DNA of 64,000 bases from Lobosporangium transversale (taxonomy: Eukaryota). The notes beneath the pieces are model-generated. The model worked only from the letters and a program-made list of their open reading frames with translations, had not been told where the DNA came from and did not search any database. The stretch lies in assembly GCF_002105155.1 (NCBI RefSeq), contig NW_019028994.1, positions 186,001 to 250,000 on the forward strand, read 5' to 3'. A program made the position numbers and the translations under genes. Position 1 is the first letter of the stretch. Each line of letters opens with the position of its first letter. This document shows positions 55,843 through 64,000 of this stretch, in pieces.

Positions 55843-57865
55843 GAATCAGGAATAAAAGAAGGAAGAAAGGAAGGAAGGAAGGAGAGAATGAGGGAATGAG
55901 GGAATAAGGGAATGGAGAATGAAGGAATGAAAAAAAAAAAAAAAAAAAAAAAAAAAATTAACAAGTGAGCGAAATATTAAACGGACAAAGGTCAGGGTTT
56001 GCAAGCATAAACCGTTGCGGTATTGCGGCTGCTTTTGCATGAACAAACTGTCTTTGTGTTTAGACCACCTTTTGTCTGTCAAAGACATGTTCCCTGATAC
56101 TGCTCTGCCAGACGAGGAATATCAGGGGATGTTGCCTAATAAGCAACACACCAATGGAAATTAAGGACATCCCAATGCTCAATGCGAAACAAAGTATGAT
56201 TGACAACGTGGATAGATAGCATCCCTTTTGTATTTGTTTAGAGAAGCAGGAAAAAGTTTGCAAATCAGACAATATAATCAGAATGAAATGAAGCTTTTCT
56301 ATCTAGTTTAAACGCGCTCTCGATCAAAGCTCCAGTATACCCTCAGGAATAGCAAGAGGACTTTTACATCAAGTCGGACACGCGATTTACGACAAAAAAA
56401 TATCTAAACAAATCACCCAAGAATATAGTCGTATTTTGTTCCGAGCACCCAGCCGCATGGAAGGTTATTAAACACAATCATCTCGTAAATGTAGCTCATA
56501 ATGTCTATACCTCAGATGGCTCTCATCCTGGCGGTTATTCCACATCAGGTATAAAACTATCCAACAGAGGAGTTGAAGGCGCAAATGGCGTACCATAAAC
56601 TGCTGGCTTTTCAGTTGAAGAGATGTCAACTCAATTCAGAGACATATAAGGAGTCTGGGGCAACGTATGGCCGAAAATGTCAAAGCCAAGCTGAATTATG
56701 TTTTCCTCAGGAATGGTGCTCTCCTGCAAGTTTCGTGATTGTTTTCGCTCCATCATATCTATCATTGAGGAGACAATCGAAACGAATGATAGCCTAACTG
56801 AAATAGCTCCATTACTAAACGAATGTGTCGATTACATTTCTAAGGATACGGACCCATCAAATGGAAGCATAGATTGAACTTCCTGTCGCTATTGGAGGCG
56901 TAAACAAAGCTATTCAAGGAATGAAAATGACGTTACTTATGGCTTCATCAGGGACGGGTCGTTGTTGTGCCTAGTTGTTTGGGTGAGGGCTGACTCTTGC
57001 GATAGGGACACAGCTGGTCATCGTTATTATTGTAGTTCATTAACTCCATATTATATCCTTGAATGCCACTGTAACATTAGTTCTGAAGTGAAGTTTTTGG
57101 TGAATATAAAAGGAAATTAAGATATGATGGAGATGCAGCAAGTGAACTGCAAGGAGAGAGGGCAAAAATCCGTGCCTATTGTTTTGAAAACATCGAAGGG
57201 ATGCCTCAGATTAGATGAACCAAGAGAAAACCACTGGCGTTCACAAGGAGTAGAACATGCAAAAAGGTCGTCTGAGAAGTGCCGATGATTGTTAGAAGAA
57301 AAAAAAAAAAACAATTTTCTTTCTAGTGGGGTATGCTTCTTTCAGCTTTTCTCTCTTTCCTTAACATTTCACTCTTCTTTACTCTCTTTCACCTGCATCA
57401 AACTCTTTTCAGTATTCTGCTTTAAAAAATTCGTCCACCATTCAACCATTCAAAAGTAAACACCGTCAGATCAGCAGTAAGTCCTTGTTTAAATACACAT
57501 CCTCGTAAGTTCTCCTTGACAGCAGAAGTAGCCAACGAGTATAAGGTATTTTTTATTTTCCTCTCACTCATCAACATGTAATTCCTTGCGACTCTTAGTT
57601 ACACATCAGTTAGACATTTAATCAAAAGTAGCACAACCAAGAGACCTACATTAGTAGTTTCATCCCCGTAAGTAGACGTAGCGACATAAAGTATCAAGAA
57701 GTCGTATTGAAGAATGTAGCGAAAATATGAGCATACAGCTAAGACTCACCTACAGATAGTTGCAGCCACTGGGATCCAAGGAATAGGAAGGCGCTGCTGA
57801 TACATACAACATCGACAGGATTCAGTTGGACGTCCTTTCCATCTATTTCGTACATCACTGCGACG

Positions 57866-60226
57866 ATGGAGCCGCTCCAATTCGCAACATTTCGGCTGGA
57901 GAACGCCCAGGTTCCGCATCCTTCTCTGCAGAACATGCGGAATGGTCTTGCAGGGACTCTATCGAGGCTCCTTGACCGGAAGGTGCGCCGCTTCTTCAAT
58001 CGAGCCGCCACATCGCATTTCGATGGTCCTGCTGCTGTCCGAAAGACTAGGGCCCATAATACAAGAACCACGGCATCCACGCGTAACCAAAATGAAGCAT
58101 TAGAGGCTATAAATCAGATCGCAAGTCACGTAGCTATTTATTATGCTATGCGTGTCCCCAGAGCTCTTGTCAAAAACATCATTAGATACAACAAGCCAGC
58201 TATCGCAAAGTGGCGGTCAACAGTGTTTTTGGGTACAACCCTCAAGGCCCTATTTGCCACAGGTCTAAGGGATATGGGCTGGAATGTATGCGAATGCCAA
58301 GGCGAAACAGATCTATGTAGCTCCCACCAGTTAAGGGTCACCGCTGCCACGGCTGACTCTGACTTTCTTTCCCACTCTAGCGACATCACCCTTCGACCTG
58401 ACCTCGATGACAGGCTGTCCTTCCGTGAATATAAGTTCACGTCGATTTTAACTAAGCTCAACTTCTCTGGACCCATGTGTAGAGTGTTTGTCGCCGTGTC
58501 CAATGCTGACAACATGAGCTACGTAAGGGGCTGCGAGTTTGCATCGAGCATGAATGTCTTCAAGAATTTAGACCAAACCTCCCATATCACCCAGCAATAT
58601 TTCTTAACAAAATACAACAATCAGATTAAGGACGATGGGCGCTTCCCTGCAAGTATGATGCGGCTGCGTCCGAGCCACCTTAAATACTCGATGGATTTAT
58701 TCTTCCGTCATATGAAGCAGCAACAACGACAATCGCAATCGCAATCGCAAAATGGGGACTCTATTCAAGCCATTGTCGATGGGGTCTTCAAGAGCTTAGT
58801 ACATACAATAAACCCCTTTTTTTGGCAGAATAGGAATGTCAGGTGCCAGATAGCATCCCCTACCAACCTCTCTGCACCGTTACCTGCATCATCTCCACTA
58901 TTTATCACCTTATCTGGCTTTGCGGGCAAAGCATATTCACCCAAGCAAATGGCGTCGAACTACAGCTACAAAATCACCGCTTATAACAAACCCTTTAGCC
59001 TTGAACATGAAGCTGCTGTAAATGAGGCAGAGCAGCCAGCTAAACTCCTCAGCAAAAAGAAAAAGACACGCAAAGTCGGAATTAGATACAACTCTTCATT
59101 TAGAGAGGCACGCGCTGGTTCTTCAAGAACCACCAGGACTAGCAGGCCAAAATTGAACAAACTTACCACTGTCCTTGACTATGCACCTGCAGTGAAGTCC
59201 GTCACCATGAACTGTGAAATACTCTCTATACGTCTGAAGCGAAGCCATGAATCAGATTTAAGCGCAATGACTCTAATGAATGCTCCATTGATCCTTCAGC
59301 AATGCAAAGACCTGCATAGTACTATATTAAAAGCGACTCAAGAATTGATCCGTATCGCAACAGAGACGGCACGATGTGTTCAAACTATTTGCCTGTACAT
59401 CGCCCAATTTTTCAGAACTTTTCCAGATATGACTCCCGCGCACATCAGAAGAAGAGGACCATTTATATCAATTCATTATAACACCCTCTTCAAGATTCCA
59501 CCACAAAACACATACTCATGGCATGGTAATCTCCAGCAAGCACAGGATACGAATGCACAACAAGGAAGGCCTCGACAAAGTACACTGGCAGTTATCTTCT
59601 TTAGATGGACTGTCCAACACGACAAAACTACATTGACTCGAAAACCATCTAAAGCAGTCCTACGGTTGAAAAATACACTCAGAACATCTCTAGCTCATTT
59701 TTTCGAGCAAGCCGGGATCCGACTTGAGGATCAAATCCAGATGTACTACCTGAATGCCGCAGACTTAATGCAACAACTATGTCGATACAATCGAGCTTGG
59801 TATGTTGATCAAGAAAGATGCGCAGTTAATATAATCGATACCAAGAAGAGCACCTTGAACATCCACGACCAAGTGTCTTTGTTTTGGATCCTAAGCTCAA
59901 ACACCTTACAAGTGCGCTTTATACCAGGATCATCCTTTACTGATTCTTTCTTTATCATCAAACTTCAACCCATCGATGTTTTGTACACGCGACAAGGCAT
60001 CACTGATATTTTGAAGCCCTTCAAGAGTTATTTTGGTGAAACTGCCACGGACACCAGGAATTATATAAGTGACCATTCTGAAGAGTTGATGTATCACTTA
60101 TACTTCAACGATCAGCTCATGTATGATAAGCACACGTCGGCAATGACAAATGAACTAAGACTGCCTGCACTAAATGGATACTCATTCTTGCAGCTCGACC
60201 AAGGACTTAAAAACCAATGCAAGTGA
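57866..60226 (+). CDS. Long intronless ORF with degenerate PIN/XPG(FEN1)-like nuclease motifs; probable mobile-element relic or pseudogene
   Basis: HFDG...K...H..R, GWNVCECQGETD (EAD-like), TADSDFL, then LNFS...VAVSNADN...RG (H3TH-like). Disrupted upstream fragments GIQGIG and RIQLDVL at ~57770-57850. Confidence 0.5.
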   Translation: MEPLQFATFRLENAQVPHPSLQNMRNGLAGTLSRLLDRKVRRFFNRAATSHFDGPAAVRKTRAHNTRTTASTRNQNEALEAINQIASHVAIYYAMRVPRALVKNIIRYNKPAIAKWRSTVFLGTTLKALFATGLRDMGWNVCECQGETDLCSSHQLRVTAATADSDFLSHSSDITLRPDLDDRLSFREYKFTSILTKLNFSGPMCRVFVAVSNADNMSYVRGCEFASSMNVFKNLDQTSHITQQYFLTKYNNQIKDDGRFPASMMRLRPSHLKYSMDLFFRHMKQQQRQSQSQSQNGDSIQAIVDGVFKSLVHTINPFFWQNRNVRCQIASPTNLSAPLPASSPLFITLSGFAGKAYSPKQMASNYSYKITAYNKPFSLEHEAAVNEAEQPAKLLSKKKKTRKVGIRYNSSFREARAGSSRTTRTSRPKLNKLTTVLDYAPAVKSVTMNCEILSIRLKRSHESDLSAMTLMNAPLILQQCKDLHSTILKATQELIRIATETARCVQTICLYIAQFFRTFPDMTPAHIRRRGPFISIHYNTLFKIPPQNTYSWHGNLQQAQDTNAQQGRPRQSTLAVIFFRWTVQHDKTTLTRKPSKAVLRLKNTLRTSLAHFFEQAGIRLEDQIQMYYLNAADLMQQLCRYNRAWYVDQERCAVNIIDTKKSTLNIHDQVSLFWILSSNTLQVRFIPGSSFTDSFFIIKLQPIDVLYTRQGITDILKPFKSYFGETATDTRNYISDHSEELMYHLYFNDQLMYDKHTSAMTNELRLPALNGYSFLQLDQGLKNQCK

Positions 60227-60616
60227 TTTGTCGAGAATTTGGAGTCGGATCCAAGGGATAATGATTTCATGAAGGCACTGAAGATTCCCTAAGAGAACAA
60301 GCCCAACCCCCCGACGATTACAAACAGATTCTTGACAATGGTGACACTACCAACTGGTAGTCATATTTTTAGCTGTAATAAACAAAACCATGGCATGGTG
60401 TATGCATTTGAATAATTACAATGCTACAATATTACAACCACCTTTTCTTTCATCAATCCGTAACAGAAAAACCACTTGGTCCCACTTAAAAATATCAGAT
60501 TTATTTCAGCGATAGGAAAAAAAATAGTATAAAAAAGAAAAAGTATATGCCAGTGCAATTGACGATTTTTTCTTCAATTCAAAAATAGTGAGAAAGGGAT
60601 GATCGACAAGGCACGT

Positions 60617-62038
60617 TTAGGCGCGACGCTTCTCCTGAGGCTTGGCAAGGAAGTCAGTGTACTGCTGGTAGGGAGACATGGTGAACTTGGTCTCGGTCCA
60701 AAGATCGGGGGTCAAGTAGCTGTAGGTGTTACCAATAGCGGCAAACGTAGCCTTGACAAAGTTGCCCAAGGTGCGGGTGGAGCCGAAAGCCTGGGTGTAG
60801 CAGTCGGTGACACCAGCGAGCTGGAGAAGCTTCTTGGGGACGGGGGCGGCGACAATACCGGTACCACGGGGAGCAGGAACCAAGCGGGTGACGGCAGAAC
60901 CGCACTTGCCAGTAACCTTGCAGGGAACAGTGTGAGGCTCGTTCAAGATCGAACCCCAGTAACCGCGACGGACAGGGATCACCGAGAGCTTGGCCAAGAT
61001 GATGGCGCCACGAATGGCAGTGGCAACTTCCTTCGAGCACTTGACTCCCAAACCGACGTGGCCGTTAGAGTCTCCAATGACAACGAAGGCCTTGAAGCGG
61101 GTACGCTGACCGGCACGGGTCTGCTTCTGGACAGGCATAATCTTCATGACCTCATCCTTGAGCGAGGGCAAGAAGTAGTCGACAATCTGGTACTCCTTGA
61201 TGGGGAGCGAGAACAAGTAGATCTGTTCGATCGACTGGATCTTGCGGTCCTTGACAAGACGTCCAAGCTTGGTGACGGGGGTCCAGGTCTCCTTCTCATC
61301 CTTGCCTCCACGTCCACGTCCACGGCCACGACCGCGGTCACCACCACGTCCACGACCACGTCCAAAACCACCACGTCCTGGAGAGAAAGCAAGAGAAAGT
61401 AACATGGAATAGATAGCGATTTAGTATTTAATATTAACAAAAAAAAAAAAAAAAAATAAAAATAAAAAGGCAAAGTGATCGCTTGAAGTCAAGACAAAAG
61501 CCAATTGCTTCCGGTTTGTTTCCTCCGTTGTCAGTAAAAGCGATTCATCATTATGCTTCTAATTGGTCGTAGATGTTCCAGTAAGATTGCACGATGCAGA
61601 TTGTATTCATTGCACTGAATATTTTTCTAGTGATAGGATCGTATTAATTCTTCCGTGGACCTTCCATATCCAGTGTCTTTGAGTCGTTTATTTGGTCAGG
61701 AGTTCAAACAGGTCACAAGGCCTATCTTTCTCATCAAGGTCATATGAAAATGAATCATGATGTACTTTATCGCAAGCGTCATATTCGATGAACCATCAGT
61801 AAATCCTGACAGCCGCCACTTTTCTTCGTTGTCGTCTAAACAATGCTCAATCATGAAATCCACACCAATGGTGATGACGATTTTATCTGATGTCATGTAT
61901 GGATTTATCTGTATAATCTGGGTTTCAGTGACTCAGAGTTACTGAATGATGAGCCCCTCTTCCCGAACATATTAAAACATTTTGCTGTTTTCAAATATAC
62001 GCACCACGTTGAGTATCGGCCGTTGCTGCGTCAGCCAT
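60617..62038 (-). CDS. RPS2: 40S ribosomal protein S2 (uS5), copy B; exons 62038-62005 and 61377-60617
   Basis: [19 protein letters not shown]... Exon 2 encodes the same protein as copy A. GTGCGT donor and CAG acceptor. Confidence 0.97.
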
Positions 62039-62678
62039 TTTCTAAAAAGTCAGTTAGAAGGCGATGAAAGATGATGTTAGAGTCGACTGCTAGCCTGTTT
62101 CTGATTATAGTAAAGTTGTCCAATCCTGCTCATCTGGTGCCAGAGTAGCCTCTTGATGAGGCAGTTGTCGACTAGGTCTATAGTAGTCTATGTATGACTA
62201 AAATGGAGATGTTTTCTCAATGATTGATAGCGTTGGATGTCTTAACACTGCAATTGATGGCTGGATGGGTGTGTATGTTTGCATAGGATACATCCGTTTT
62301 TGAAAGTAGAGCAGTCCAGAACCAGCAAGTGTTGCACTTCCACATACAAATTTCTGTTTGTTAATCGAAAGAGGGAGATCTTCTGGTACAAAGCATACAA
62401 TAATTATAACACTAAACATTGGATATGTAGTCACATGATTCAACTAAATTTCCCAGAGTTTATTCGAATGGGATTGTCAAGCACTCGAATTAATTATGAA
62501 GAAAAAACTAGATATACAAAAGACGGAGAAAATAATGCTAGGAGGATTTAACTTGGTTTAGGAAAGTAGAAGGAAAATATGGAAGGATAGGAAGGTAGGT
62601 GGATATATTGCAGGTATTTGCTCTTCTACCCACGATCCATATTCAATCCTTTTTGCTCCTTTGAGTATCAACCCTAAT

Positions 62679-64000
<1,322 letters not shown>

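Noticed and set aside
61530..61740. TGATGA...CTGA pairs in the RPS2-B intron as C/D snoRNAs
   Set aside because: Box spacing is too short, with no terminal stem or recognisable rRNA guide.

Overview
Eukaryotic, intron-rich fungal genomic DNA with short GT-AG introns, CTAAC-type branch points and very frequent long poly(A)/poly(T) runs. Gene content and style suggest an early-diverging fungus, probably Mortierellaceae (inference). The left third holds ordinary housekeeping genes (NDK1, a UPF0658-like membrane protein, ERG26, thioredoxin-PITH, a small CRIB protein, ATG1) plus a secreted repeat protein missed by the ORF track. The main feature is a mirror-image gene arrangement from ~21.5 kb to beyond the window end: GFA1(+), RPS2(+), MINPP1/phytase(+), [LysM, Tc1-like transposon, LysM, LUD], MINPP1/phytase(-), RPS2(-), GFA1(-). 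The phytase pair is strongly diverged. The GFA1 and RPS2 pairs are ~99.5% identical by manual comparison, yet their flanks (and the RPS2 introns) are unalignable. This fits an old inverted duplication with gene-selective concerted evolution. Also present: a bacterial-type sphingomyelinase C and a LUD-domain gene (HGT candidates, both with introns), a DD87E IS630-Tc1-mariner element with TIRs, a TIR-bounded Myb/SANT remnant, a pogo remnant, a degenerate PIN/XPG-like long ORF, a split-FYVE protein and a putative mitochondrial RbfA-like gene. All comparisons were made by eye and no database searches were run.
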